Shown: positions 1 through 13,795 of the stretch, piece by piece | Layout: every line of letters begins with the position of its first letter | Position numbering within the stretch: the stretch's first letter is position 1 | Assembly (NCBI GenBank): GCA_031367385.1 | Contig: JANLPS010000303.1 | Location: 1 to 18,507, forward strand | Length of the DNA stretch: 18,507 bases | Origin: Archangium sp. | GTDB lineage: Bacteria > Myxococcota > Myxococcia > Myxococcales > Myxococcaceae | Direction: 5' to 3' | The notes under the pieces: generated by a model | Seen by the model: the letters and a program-made list of their open reading frames with translations, nothing else | Databases searched by the model: none | Told to the model about the DNA's origin: nothing | Position numbers and translations under genes: made by a program

Positions 1-221
1 GGTACCTCAATCAGCACCGCAAGAAGTTCACCTCGAGCTTCATCGCCGGTCACATGCTGCGCGGCATCGTCGACTCGCCGTTCTTGGACCACGTCGCCGA
101 CATGTACAACAACCCGCTCGTGCGAAAGGCCGTGGTCAAGCTGCTCGGCTCGGCGCTCGCGGGCAGCTCGGTGCACGAGGCGGTTGGCGAGGTGCGGTCG
201 TCGATGAAGAAATCGGCCTAA
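1..221 (+). CDS. 3' end of a gene truncated by the window edge; possibly the C-terminus of an FAD-dependent oxidoreductase (geranylgeranyl reductase-like), uncertain
   Basis: Frame from base 3 reads YLNQHRKKFTSSFIAGHMLRGIVDSPFLDHVADMYNNPLVRKAVVKLLGSALAGSSVHEAVGEVRSSMKKSA, TAA at 219-221, with strongly GC-biased third positions. The product guess rests on weak resemblance only. Confidence 0.6.
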   Translation, partial: YLNQHRKKFTSSFIAGHMLRGIVDSPFLDHVADMYNNPLVRKAVVKLLGSALAGSSVHEAVGEVRSSMKKSA

Positions 222-239
222 CCCCGGGCGGCGCCGAGG

Positions 240-1106
240 TCAGCCTGTGACGCGGGCGAGCAGCGCGTCGGCGAACCGGTCGGCGGCCCCCGGGTCGGCT
301 CGAAAGAAGAGCTCAGGCTCGATGACTTCGAGCTCCATCAACAAAAACTGACCCTGGCTCACCACCCCGTCGACCCGCGCGTAGGTCGAGGTGGGCACGC
401 CTCGGGCAATCACCTCGCTCGCCTGCGCCACCAGCTTCGCGCTCGGGGCCTGTGGCTCTGACCGGCCGCCGTGATTGTGCTGCACCCGAAAATCACCCGA
501 CTTGGGGAACTTGCGCACCGCATGGCTGAAGTGCGCACCGAAAAAAATCAGTGACCACTCGCCGTCTCTTTCAATCTCACTCAAATACGGCTGCACCATG
601 TACTCGCCGTGGTTGGCGCTCTTGCGCAGGTTGGTCATCACCCGCCGCGCCTCATTGGGCGTGAAGAGGTGGGTGTCATTCGAGTTCGCCGAGACCGTCG
701 GCTTGACCACCGCCCGTGCCCACCCGGCCGCGCGAATCACCTCGGGCAAGGTGTCGAGCAGATCTCGGGTCAGCCACCGGGTCGGCACGATGGGCACTCC
801 GCGTTGCTCGAGCGTTCGCAGGTAGGTCTTGGCGTAGAACTCGTTCAACATCGCGTGCGGGTTGACCAGCGTCGTCGACAGGTCGCCCAGCCGCTCGAGA
901 AACGACTCGAACTCGAGGGTGCGGGTGAACCAATCCCACGGGGTGCGCATCACCACGGCATCGAAGGCGTTGAGTGCGCCGAGTGACGTCTTGTCCCAAA
1001 TCACTGGAGCGACCGAGTGGCCCCGCGCCTCGAGCGCCTGCACCGCGAGCACGTCGTCTTCGTAGAAGTTGGGAAAACCCGCCGAGGTGAGAAAGGCCAG
1101 CTTCAT
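240..1106 (-). CDS. ATP-grasp ligase, RimK/glutathione synthetase-like family (~288 aa)
   Basis: Motifs VVMRTPWDW, KTYLRTL..GVPIVPT, VVKPTVS, YMVQPYL, GEWSLIFF, DFRVQ..HGG, YARVDGV, LMELEVIEPELF. Start moved to ATG at 1106 (MKLAFLT), which overlaps the upstream stop as ATGA. Confidence 0.85.
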   Translation of the reverse strand: MKLAFLTSAGFPNFYEDDVLAVQALEARGHSVAPVIWDKTSLGALNAFDAVVMRTPWDWFTRTLEFESFLERLGDLSTTLVNPHAMLNEFYAKTYLRTLEQRGVPIVPTRWLTRDLLDTLPEVIRAAGWARAVVKPTVSANSNDTHLFTPNEARRVMTNLRKSANHGEYMVQPYLSEIERDGEWSLIFFGAHFSHAVRKFPKSGDFRVQHNHGGRSEPQAPSAKLVAQASEVIARGVPTSTYARVDGVVSQGQFLLMELEVIEPELFFRADPGAADRFADALLARVTG

Positions 1107-1815
1107 GAGACGGTGAGGCCACCCGACGGCAAGAGCTTCGGCAGCTCGAGCGCGAGGGCCACCAACACCGCGAGGCGCGTGGTCGTGAACCACTGGGCGA
1201 CGGTGTGCTCGGCGTCGATGAGGCCGATGACTCCGGAGTCGGAGATGACCGGGATGCACGCCTCGGCCTTCACCTTGGGGTCGCACTCGTAATACGCGCC
1301 GCCCGAGGCGAGGTGCGCCTCAATGTCGTTGAGCACGTTGGCCTGGCCGCTCATCGCCACCGTGCTGTTGTTGCTCTTGGCCGCGAACTCGGGAGTCAGC
1401 GGAAACTCGGCACGGCTGGGGAGCCCCCGGTACGCGAGCTTGATCAGCGCGGGGCCGCTCGGCGTGGGGCGTGCCTGGTAGATGCCGACCCAGCCGACCC
1501 GCAGGGCCTGCGCGCAGTGCGCCACCACCACGTCGAGGGTCATCAGCCGGGTGGTCGCGGTGAGCGAGCGGCCTCCGAGGTGGGCGGCGAGGTCGTACGG
1601 CGTGTCGTCGAGGTCATCGAACGCCGCGCAGGTGCCATCGGGCGAGAGCTTGGGCACCTTGAATTCGTACAGCTTCGCGAGCGAGGTTGGCGTCGACGGC
1701 ACCGAAGCCGACTTCGCCTCGTCGAGCGCCTCGAGCAACCCGCGTCGCGCTGCCTCGACTGCCTCGGCGGGCACGGTGAGACCAACCTTGGTGCAGTAGT
1801 CGCTCGGAGTCATGG

Positions 1816-1819
<4 letters not shown>
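1103..1819 (-). CDS. GAF-domain protein related to free methionine-R-sulfoxide reductase (fRMsr/MsrC), with ~100-aa N-terminal extension
   Basis: [38 protein letters not shown] parallel the fRMsr WxGFY / VxDV / HIACD..SExVVP / GVLDxDS pattern. Overlaps both neighbours by 4 nt. Start is GTG 1819 or ATG 1813. Confidence 0.7.
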
Positions 1820-3453
<1,634 letters not shown>

Positions 3454-3510
3454 CACCGGCGACAATTAGCATTCATTCGCGCGCGGTTCGACAGTGCTCC
3501 AGGCGAGCGC

Positions 3511-4295
3511 TCAGTGAAACAAGAGCTCGCAAGAGGCGTTGCCGTTGGTGAATGCGAACGCGACTCGCAGCGACGTGGCGCCTGCGGCTGCGCACATCGT
3601 GAAGTGGGCGCTCATCGTCTTGCCAGACACGATGGAGTCCGACGGTTTCAACAGATTCGCCGGGATGTCGGTTCGTTCACCTGTCTGACCCAGGTAGAAG
3701 AGGGCTGGTGGTTGCCCTTGCCGATCGCCGCGGTGACGTTTGCGCATGTGCCGTCTTCGATGAGGCCGCACTCCATGGCCGGGTAACAGAACCCGCCGTA
3801 TCCGCAGGTGTCGGGCTGAGGCAGGCTGGGGTTGCACATCACGCCTGCGTCGAACGGGGCCGACCCTGCATCGCGGTTCGAACCGGCGTCGGTGACTGAC
3901 CCCGCATCATGTGGCGACCCTGCGTCGCTGATCGACCCCGCGTCATGCTCGGTGCCTGCGTCTCCACCGGGGGAAGCGCACACTCTGGTGCCGGCTCGAG
4001 AGATGCAGCGAAGGTCGAGCCTGCAGTCGGCATCGGTCACGCATCGATGCAAGCAGGTGTGACCCAAGGCTGACGCCTGGCAGCTGTCGCTCCCGCAGCC
4101 CGTGTCGTCGACGCACGATCGAGAGCACAACCCGTTTTGAAACTCGACGAAGCAACTCTCGCCCGTCAGGCACTCGCTGGCGCTCCGGCAGGGACCGTAG
4201 CTGAGGCCAACGCCCGCATCGGAGTGGCCACCGCCACCGGTGCTCCCGCACGACACCAACGCCATCGCGACGACCGCCAGTGCTCGAATGCGCAT
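3511..4295 (-). pseudogene. Cys-rich lipoprotein with DAG-repeat linker, apparently frameshifted near 3708 (ORFs 3648-4295 and 3511-3837)
   Basis: Lipobox MRIRALAVVAMALVSC, Cys-rich module, DAG repeats, second Cys module. After ..AIGKGNH the protein-like sequence continues in the -1 frame (PALFYLGQTGERTDIP..FTMC..AFTNGNASC..stop 3511). Confidence 0.6.
3843..3962 (-). repeat. Coding tandem repeat: 7 DAG motifs at mostly 6-aa (18-bp) period
   Basis: DAGTEH DAGSIS DAGSPH DAGSVT DAGSNR DAGSAPF DAG. Confidence 0.85.
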
Positions 4296-4342
4296 CGGCG
4301 CGACTTACGCCACCCCATCGTGGTGATGGCCAGCAGCAACGG

Positions 4343-7160
<2,818 letters not shown>

Positions 7161-7183
<23 letters not shown>

Positions 7184-7802
7184 TCGCCAAGCCGGTCAAA
7201 GACGACATCCATCGGTCGAGGCCGGTGACGGCGCTGTTCAGCAGCTCCGCCGACGGAGCGAGCGCTTCGAGCGCATCACGCAACAACACCCGGGCCCGCG
7301 ACAGCTGGCTCTTCACCGTGCCGACCGGCGTCTCGAGCGCGGCCGCCAGCTCATCGAGCTTGAGCCCCTCGAAGTAATGAAGCTCGACCGCGACCTGGTA
7401 GTCGACCGGTATTCGTTGGAGTGCCTGCAGCAACAGCCGCTGTTCTTGCCGCTGGGCCGCAAGCTTCGCGGGGCTCGCACCGACATCGGTCGCCGAGGTC
7501 GTCAGCGGGTCGAAGCGCTTGTCGGCCAGGGCGCGGCTGCGCAGGTGCACCAACAACTGGTTGCGCGCGATGCCGAAGACGTAGGCGCGAAACGACGATT
7601 CACCCCGAAAATCACCGCTTTGGCTCAGCGCCAAGAACGTGTTTTGCGTCAGGTCTTCAGCGCTCTCGGGTACCTTGGTTCGAAAGAACCGCGAGACCTT
7701 TGCGCTGTGCTGTTTGAACAGCGCGTGACCCGCCCCGCGGTCGCCTTGTTGCCACGCACGCAGCAAGGCGAATTCGTCTTCGCCGGGGGGCCGAGTCGAC
7801 AC
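7161..7802 (-). CDS. ECF (sigma-70 group 4) RNA polymerase sigma factor
   Basis: Region 2 SAEDLTQNTFL and FRGESSFRAYVFGIARN; region 4 VELHYFEGLKLDELAAALETPVGTVKSQLSRAR. Overlaps the kinase start by 23 nt. Confidence 0.93.
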
Positions 7803-7849
7803 CGCGGCAACATCGCAAACTCAGTGCCCGCCGAACAGCGCAAGAAGCC

Positions 7850-8173
7850 CTATTTTTCGGCCACGACGCAGTAGTTGATGTCGACGTCTTTGGTGCCCGC
7901 GCGCATCGAGATGGTCGCGCATTCGAAGCCCTGCTCGCATTTGTACTCGGCGCTGGTCGAGCCGGGCGAGCACTGGTGGGTGCATCGGCTGTTGCCGTCG
8001 ATGTTCACGCACTGGCCCCCCTTCGTGCAGTCGTCATTCTGCGTGCATGAGGCGCCCAGCGCGGCGGTGCCTTTGTTCATGACATTGACGATCGAAATAC
8101 CAATCCCCAGGGGAACGATCAGGGCACCCAACATCCAACCTTCGAATTTGAACTTCTTCTTCTGTTCGGCCAC
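7850..8173 (-). CDS. Small membrane-anchored Cys-rich protein (~107 aa)
   Basis: GGAGG at 8186-8182 precedes GTG at 8173. Basic N-terminus, one TM helix (WMLGALIVPLGIGISIV), then 8 Cys (GASCTQNDDC..C..C..C..C..C..C). Confidence 0.75.
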   Translation of the reverse strand: MAEQKKKFKFEGWMLGALIVPLGIGISIVNVMNKGTAALGASCTQNDDCTKGGQCVNIDGNSRCTHQCSPGSTSAEYKCEQGFECATISMRAGTKDVDINYCVVAEK

Positions 8174-8221
8174 GGGACGTACCTCCAAAATGCGCGACGA
8201 ATGTGTCGAGCGACAACAGGG

Positions 8222-9004
8222 TTAGGCGGCGGTGCTGGCCTGGTGCAGCAAGGCCAACAGCTGCGCGATTTGATCGTGCATCGCCGCGGTCATTTCGAAA
8301 CGCTGGCCGGCATCGAGCTCGCCTGAGAGCGCCGCTTTTCGGCCGCCCATCGCCTGCAGCAGATTCTTTTGAAAGGGGTCGAAGAACGAAATTTCGTCGT
8401 CGGCGACCAGGGCATCGACCTCGGCGAACGAGAGCAGGCCCGCTTTGAGCTCGTCAGAAATCACCAGCCGGCGCAGGGCCGCGGCGTCGGTCACGTAGAA
8501 GTCGAAGGCCTCGTCGAGCTCGGCGTCTCCACAGCGGGTTCGAACCGGGTATGCCGGGCTCCAGTTGCGGTGCATGTGAGTGACCGCCGAGGCGAGTGCC
8601 TGCCCGGCGCCTCTGAGGCGCTTCGAGGCCACTTGCCATTTGATTTTGGGCGCGCGCTCGATGGGGGCCGACCAGGTGGCGCTGAAGACCCGGGCATTCG
8701 CGTCACTGCTGCTCTGGGCGACGTACTGCCGGTGCTCGACGCGCAACCCGCGGTATTCGCGCACGAGCTCGAAGTCGATCGTCTCAGGAGCGCCGCGAAG
8801 CATCGGTGCCATTCGCTCCTCGGCGAGGGCGAGTTGGGCTTCGAGGCCGGCCTTGCTTGCGTCGGTGAACTTGTATTCGGTGTGCGTGAAGAAGCGCCGA
8901 AGGGCCGGGCCCAGGTCGACCGACTTGAGACGGCGGTTCATTCGCGCGAACGCGAACAGCGCGAACGCCACGAAGACAACCATGGGGATGAGGGTGAAAG
9001 GCAC
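8222..9004 (-). CDS. Hypothetical protein with N-terminal membrane anchor (~260 aa)
   Basis: GGAGG at 9018-9014 precedes GTG at 9004. N-terminal TM FTLIPMVVFVAFALFAFA. The ORF-track extension to 9394 overlaps the Kelch gene and was discarded. Confidence 0.7.
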   Translation of the reverse strand: MPFTLIPMVVFVAFALFAFARMNRRLKSVDLGPALRRFFTHTEYKFTDASKAGLEAQLALAEERMAPMLRGAPETIDFELVREYRGLRVEHRQYVAQSSSDANARVFSATWSAPIERAPKIKWQVASKRLRGAGQALASAVTHMHRNWSPAYPVRTRCGDAELDEAFDFYVTDAAALRRLVISDELKAGLLSFAEVDALVADDEISFFDPFQKNLLQAMGGRKAALSGELDAGQRFEMTAAMHDQIAQLLALLHQASTAA

Positions 9005-9026
9005 TGTGTGCGACCTCCGTACTGGC

Positions 9027-9055
9027 AGGTTGCAGACCAGCGCCAAAAGGTTGCA
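9027..9055 (-). promoter_or_regulatory. Tandem direct repeat TGCAACCT-N13-TGCAACCT just upstream of the RBS of 8222-9004
   Basis: AGGTTGCA on + at 9027-9034 and 9048-9055, a 21-bp period, in intergenic DNA. Confidence 0.4.
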
Positions 9056-9122
9056 CAGCCGTGTCGCTTTGGTCAGTTCCAGCCGAGAAACGAGGTCCCG
9101 TACGTGTTCTCGACGTCGGGGC

Positions 9123-12100
9123 TCAGGGTTTTCGGTACCGAAGCTCCAATTGCACCGCATCGATGACCATTCGGGCCTGACCGGTGCCGTTTGGAGCGAG
9201 CGGCTCCAGCAAGAAGTCAGCCTCGCCCAAACGAGCGGCGACCGCGTTGACGTACTCGCTGCCCATGAGCAGAAACGGCACGCGAAGCTGCTCGGGGGCC
9301 TCGGCCGTGGCGCTCGATTCAAGCGTGGTGGGGGCCCACCAGCCCGGCGCTCGTATTGAAACACCGAAGCCGGGTTTGCTCCCCACGCTGCCACCTGAGG
9401 CGCCCCCGGTGATCAGCAGCTGGCCGTCTCGGGCCACGAGGTCTTTTGGCAAGTCGAGCAAGGAAAACCGAAGCACGACTTGTGGCCGTTGTCTGGCCAA
9501 CGTGAAGACCCAGGTCGTCGACGGTTGGCCGCTATTGACCTCGATCGCCACCATTGCCCCGTTCTGCGTGTCGTACCCCATCGACGGAAACGGGACGAAC
9601 GTCGGTTGCCCGTCGCTGTCTGGGTCGGCGACCGGCACTGGGCTCCACCCGCCGTCGAAAGTAAACTCCCAGGTTTCAGTGCTCGTTCGACCGACGCGCG
9701 TACCACCAGGCACCAACAGCGTGCCGCGCTCGAGGTCGGCGACCATGCCGTTGGGGACCATGGGCTCTGGCAGAATGTAGTTGCCGACCTGCGCTCCGTT
9801 CTCGACGATCGACAGCACCGGCGAGAACCTCACGCCGATGTCTGAGCGCAACACCGCGGTCCCCGAGGGCAGTGCCGCCGCCGCCGCCCAGGTGCCCGGC
9901 CCCAACGTGACAGGTGCTTTCGGCACGCCAGTGCTGCTCGAAATCGCGACCAGTTGAACCTGACCCGAGGGCCCCTGAATGACCACATCGAGGCCGCTCG
10001 CGGAGGGCGCCGCGTCGAACATCTTGCCCGCGTTGAAGCCCGCATCTTCATTCAGCCGCTCCCAGCCGCCATCGGTTTCGGAGCGCCAAATCGAGGCCGT
10101 CGGCTGTGCCAGGCTGCCGGTGGCGATGAGGCAACGTTGACCGTCGCTGTCATAAACCAGCCGAGTGACTCCCAGCGGCATCGCAGTGGTGAGCTCCGAT
10201 CTCCAGCCTTGGTTCGACAAGTATGAGTTGCCGACTCCGAGCGCGGGGTCGTACCCGACGGCTCTGAGCGCGCCCGCGAGGGGGTCGAAAACCAGGTTGT
10301 TACTCGCAACCACGGGAGGCGCTGTGCTCGGCCGATACGCGATTGACCACTCGGAGCCAGACCATTTCCAGGTCGTCTCAGGGGTGTTCGAACCGATCGC
10401 GTCACCGAACAACAACATCATTTCGCGGGCCGGGTCGTAGATGAGCCGATGCTGCGTGCGAGGCCCAGGCGTCGGGCCAGCGCTCGGCGTGCGCTTCACC
10501 CACTTGACGCTGTCGAACTCCCAGACATCGTCGGCGATGCCGCCGTCAGTCAGTTCGCCACCCATGACGACCAACACCCCCCGCGCCGAGTCCCAGGCGC
10601 ATGAGGTTGACCTCCGATTTTCGGGGCCCCCAGGCACAGTCGAGGGTGCCCACTGCCCCTTGGAGAGAAGCCACAGAGGGCTGCCATCGGAGAGGCCACC
10701 GCCAAAGACGAACACCGTCGCAGTGAAGGGCTCCGTGCACACAGCGGGCGCAAACCGCAGACCGATCGGAGGAGCGCTCACCCGAGCCCAGCGATCGCTG
10801 TCGAGTCGCCAGGCATCGGTGAGCGCGATGTTCTGGTCGTCGACGCCGCCGTACAAAACAACCGCGTCTTGGCTCTCGTCGAAATAGAGCATCGCGCCGG
10901 TGCGCGCGCCGGGCCCATCGGGCAGCCGCTTCCAACTGGTGCCATTCCACAGCCAGGTATCGTTCAATCGGCTGTCGGTCGTACCTCCGTACATCACGAT
11001 GCCCCGCTGCTTTGGGTCCCAAGTCATGGCGTTGAAGTAGCGTGGGGCCGGGTCGCCGTCGCCCTCCGGGTCAGACGCCGCGCGCGGTTTCCAATCGAGG
11101 CCAGACCACTCCCACACGGTGCCGCCAAGCGTACCGTTGCTCTCCCAGCCGCCGAAGCGAACGACCCGCGAGCGCAGCGGGTCGAAGGCGGTACCTGGTA
11201 ACCCCGCGCGGCCCTCGGGCCCGCGGGTCAGCTCGACCCGCCGCCAACTGCCGGCACCCCGTACCTCAGCCGTCTTGCCGTCGACGAACGCGATGCCATC
11301 CAAGGCGCCCCGCTCAGTCACATCGTGCCCTTCGATGCCCTCTGCGACCGCGCGGGTCACTTCGAAGCGATGCGGGTTGGGAAAGAGCCGGCCCGCGATT
11401 TTGTTGTTGAAGGTCGCGACCCACAGGTAGTCGTGAATCGGCTCCCACGGCGACTCGTTGCCGGCCGAGTTGATTGACTTGACCTCGATCAACGCGTCGC
11501 CCAGTGCACGCGGCGCTTCGAAGGCCGCGAACGTGCCTTGATCGTCGACCTGCGCGCTGCCCAGCAACGCGGTGCCTCTGCGAAAGACCACTGACACCGC
11601 CTCGGGCACGACATGCGGCTGGGCGACGATGCGAGTCGACGGTTGTCGGCCGGTCTGCTCGTCACCCCAAGGTGAATCACGCACCTCGATGCCCGCGTCG
11701 ACCGCCAGCGGCGCGGGAGGCGCGGTCAGATCAAGCTTGGTGGTCTGCCCCAACAGCACGGTGGCGGCGTTGAGTGCGACGTCAGTCAGGTCGACCTGCC
11801 AGCTGAGCAGCGCATCGGCTCCGCTCGATGAGGGTACCGTCGAGCAGGTGAATTCGAACGCCGGCGCTGCCTGGCTCTCGAGTCGGCAGGTGACCCGAAC
11901 ATCGGCTGACCCCGCGGCCAGCCCGGTCACCGCCGGAGGCCGGGTCAGCGCCTCGCTGATCACCAAAGACAGGTGCGCGTCGGCCAAGGGGCCCATCGCC
12001 GTGGGAGTGTCGAGCGCATTGTTCGCGAGAGGTCGAATCGAGACCGTGCTCTGTGACACGCTCGGGGCAAGCGCATCGAACGCGTCGGGTTTTACACACA

Positions 12101-12245
12101 GCCGCGCAGTCACCTGACAGACCAACCCCCCCGGGCATTGCGCGTCGTTCTCGCACGCGATGCTCGCGCCCAGCTTGCTGGTACTGTCGAAGCGACAGCC
12201 GATGAGCACCATCATTGCCGCTGCCAATTGCGCCGATCGGGTCAT
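9123..12245 (-). CDS. Large lipoprotein with Kelch-like beta-propeller repeats
   Basis: Lipobox MTRSAQLAAAMMVLIGC, Cys-rich module CENDAQCPGGLVC..LC, repeated (F/W/Y)D....V.(F/Y)GG......W.(W/F)....W units (e.g. MTWDPKQRGIVMYGG..LNDTWLWNGTSW). Confidence 0.8.
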   Translation of the reverse strand: MTRSAQLAAAMMVLIGCRFDSTSKLGASIACENDAQCPGGLVCQVTARLCVKPDAFDALAPSVSQSTVSIRPLANNALDTPTAMGPLADAHLSLVISEALTRPPAVTGLAAGSADVRVTCRLESQAAPAFEFTCSTVPSSSGADALLSWQVDLTDVALNAATVLLGQTTKLDLTAPPAPLAVDAGIEVRDSPWGDEQTGRQPSTRIVAQPHVVPEAVSVVFRRGTALLGSAQVDDQGTFAAFEAPRALGDALIEVKSINSAGNESPWEPIHDYLWVATFNNKIAGRLFPNPHRFEVTRAVAEGIEGHDVTERGALDGIAFVDGKTAEVRGAGSWRRVELTRGPEGRAGLPGTAFDPLRSRVVRFGGWESNGTLGGTVWEWSGLDWKPRAASDPEGDGDPAPRYFNAMTWDPKQRGIVMYGGTTDSRLNDTWLWNGTSWKRLPDGPGARTGAMLYFDESQDAVVLYGGVDDQNIALTDAWRLDSDRWARVSAPPIGLRFAPAVCTEPFTATVFVFGGGLSDGSPLWLLSKGQWAPSTVPGGPENRRSTSCAWDSARGVLVVMGGELTDGGIADDVWEFDSVKWVKRTPSAGPTPGPRTQHRLIYDPAREMMLLFGDAIGSNTPETTWKWSGSEWSIAYRPSTAPPVVASNNLVFDPLAGALRAVGYDPALGVGNSYLSNQGWRSELTTAMPLGVTRLVYDSDGQRCLIATGSLAQPTASIWRSETDGGWERLNEDAGFNAGKMFDAAPSASGLDVVIQGPSGQVQLVAISSSTGVPKAPVTLGPGTWAAAAALPSGTAVLRSDIGVRFSPVLSIVENGAQVGNYILPEPMVPNGMVADLERGTLLVPGGTRVGRTSTETWEFTFDGGWSPVPVADPDSDGQPTFVPFPSMGYDTQNGAMVAIEVNSGQPSTTWVFTLARQRPQVVLRFSLLDLPKDLVARDGQLLITGGASGGSVGSKPGFGVSIRAPGWWAPTTLESSATAEAPEQLRVPFLLMGSEYVNAVAARLGEADFLLEPLAPNGTGQARMVIDAVQLELRYRKP

Positions 12246-12360
12246 GCTCAGGAGCCTCACAGAGTTCGACGAATTGACGGTGACGACCGCGAGCAATTTC
12301 ACGATTCGCGCTCGCAGAAGTCACTGCGGTTTTCGAAACGGTACGGCCCGTTGCCCGACG

Positions 12361-13755
12361 TCAGGGCACACTGAATTCAGCGACCGGCACCCAGCCGTCA
12401 TCACGCCGGCCTTCATTGGCCAGCACCGCCTGCACTGAGCCATCTTCGAAGGTGAGCGCGAGCTCGAGCGTGAATGTGCCCGTGCCGAGCGACGTCAGGT
12501 TCGCATGCACCGTCTGTCGATCGATGAGGTGACTCAAATCATCGGCGATCACGACGGGCTGCCCGACGAGTTGACCAGCGCGGCGTGCCCGAACCGCCAA
12601 GCGAAAAGGCGCGTACGGCGGCGCGCTCCCGCGATTGGCGAGGTCGATCGCGACAGCAACCCCGCCCGACGAGACCGTCGCTTGAACTCGGTGCGCGACG
12701 ATGCGGTAGCCGAGTGCACGGAGAAACTCTTCGACGGCCGGTCGCCACTTCTCGGGCACATCGCGCGACTTGTTGTTCACGATCGACGCATGTTGTGCCA
12801 GCGCCCAATGCAGCACCCAGCGAAGTTGCCCGTCTGACATGCCGAGCTGAGCCCAATCGCCCATCACGCCGCAGGTCTCGAGCATGATCGGGGCGGTTCG
12901 CCAGGCATCGCTCACGCCGGCCGCGGCGAGCTGTGGGTCGAAGAAGTTGTCGGTGTTGTTCCACTTCGTGCGCAGATCTCCCCAGCAATCGAAGCGCCAG
13001 CCAGCCCCCTTCGAAACCGCGTATCGCAATGGCTCGCCCATGTCTTCGAGCGTGCCCATCGCCATGATCACCGGCACGTGCTTGAAGGCGCTCAGGTGTG
13101 CGTCGATGATTCGCCTGGCATTTGTGGGCGAAGGCAGGTGAGCCTGATCAACCGTGTACGCCCACTCGCCGGTGTCTCCGACGAAGCCAACGTCGAACGA
13201 GGCCAGCGCTGGGTCGTTGTCGTAGCGAGCCGCAAGCGCGGTCACCGTGTGCTCAACCGCTTGGAGGTATGGCTCAGCGTCGTAGTCGGGGCTGAAGTAT
13301 CGAACGCCGTTGTGCGTGCCCCATGTGCCGCCAGCCCGCTCAGCCAGCCACGAGGGTACGCGCTGCGCTCCGGTCGCGCTTTCTTCTGGCATCACCCGCA
13401 GGGCCACGCGCTGCCCGCCGGCCTTGGCACGGGCGATGAGGTCGTCAATCTCCGAAGTCTTGAGCTCACCTTCTACCGGTTCGAGCTCGTTCCAAAAGAC
13501 GCGCAGATAGGCCACCGAACCATGCGGAAACGGCCGCGCGGCGTGGTCGGCGTTGACGTCAGAGAATGTGTTGAACCCAATGAACGGGTTGCTCGGCAGG
13601 TCAGTCGACGGTGTTGGGCACGTCACAGCAAATGCAGCCGGCGTGCAGGCTTCGAGCGGAGGCGGCTCGAAGAGCGCACCGGTGAACTCATGACCCGAGA
13701 GCGCCGGGCCGCACCCGATGACGCTCAACAGCAGCACCCCCGCTCGGTGGATCAT
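12361..13755 (-). CDS. Lipoprotein, putative glycoside hydrolase (GH42-like/DUF4832-type barrel plus C-terminal beta-sandwich)
   Basis: Lipobox LLLSVIGC; NPFIGF, YLRVFWNELEPVEG, VPSWL, PDYD, LAARYD, DVGFVGDTGEW, GWRFDCWG, LGYR, NRGSAPPY. Confidence 0.7.
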   Translation of the reverse strand: MIHRAGVLLLSVIGCGPALSGHEFTGALFEPPPLEACTPAAFAVTCPTPSTDLPSNPFIGFNTFSDVNADHAARPFPHGSVAYLRVFWNELEPVEGELKTSEIDDLIARAKAGGQRVALRVMPEESATGAQRVPSWLAERAGGTWGTHNGVRYFSPDYDAEPYLQAVEHTVTALAARYDNDPALASFDVGFVGDTGEWAYTVDQAHLPSPTNARRIIDAHLSAFKHVPVIMAMGTLEDMGEPLRYAVSKGAGWRFDCWGDLRTKWNNTDNFFDPQLAAAGVSDAWRTAPIMLETCGVMGDWAQLGMSDGQLRWVLHWALAQHASIVNNKSRDVPEKWRPAVEEFLRALGYRIVAHRVQATVSSGGVAVAIDLANRGSAPPYAPFRLAVRARRAGQLVGQPVVIADDLSHLIDRQTVHANLTSLGTGTFTLELALTFEDGSVQAVLANEGRRDDGWVPVAEFSVP

Positions 13756-13795
13756 GTCGGCCAGCGTATACCCTGGTAATGCGAACCCGAAACAA

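Noticed and set aside
1107..1286. His/Arg-rich N-terminal extension of the ATP-grasp ORF
   Set aside because: Lies within the GAF gene in another frame; ATG at 1106 gives a coupled start.
3700..3725. Programmed -1 ribosomal frameshift or phase-variable tract at the lipoprotein break
   Set aside because: No slippery heptamer, homopolymer or simple repeat at the junction.
9005..9394. 130-aa N-terminal extension of ORF 8222-9394
   Set aside because: Overlaps the Kelch gene; a good RBS and GTG at 9004 explain the real start.
12246..12360. Short inverted repeats (gcgagc/gctcgc, tttcgaaa) in the intergenic region
   Set aside because: Stems are too short to stand out in high-GC DNA and no U-tract supports a terminator.
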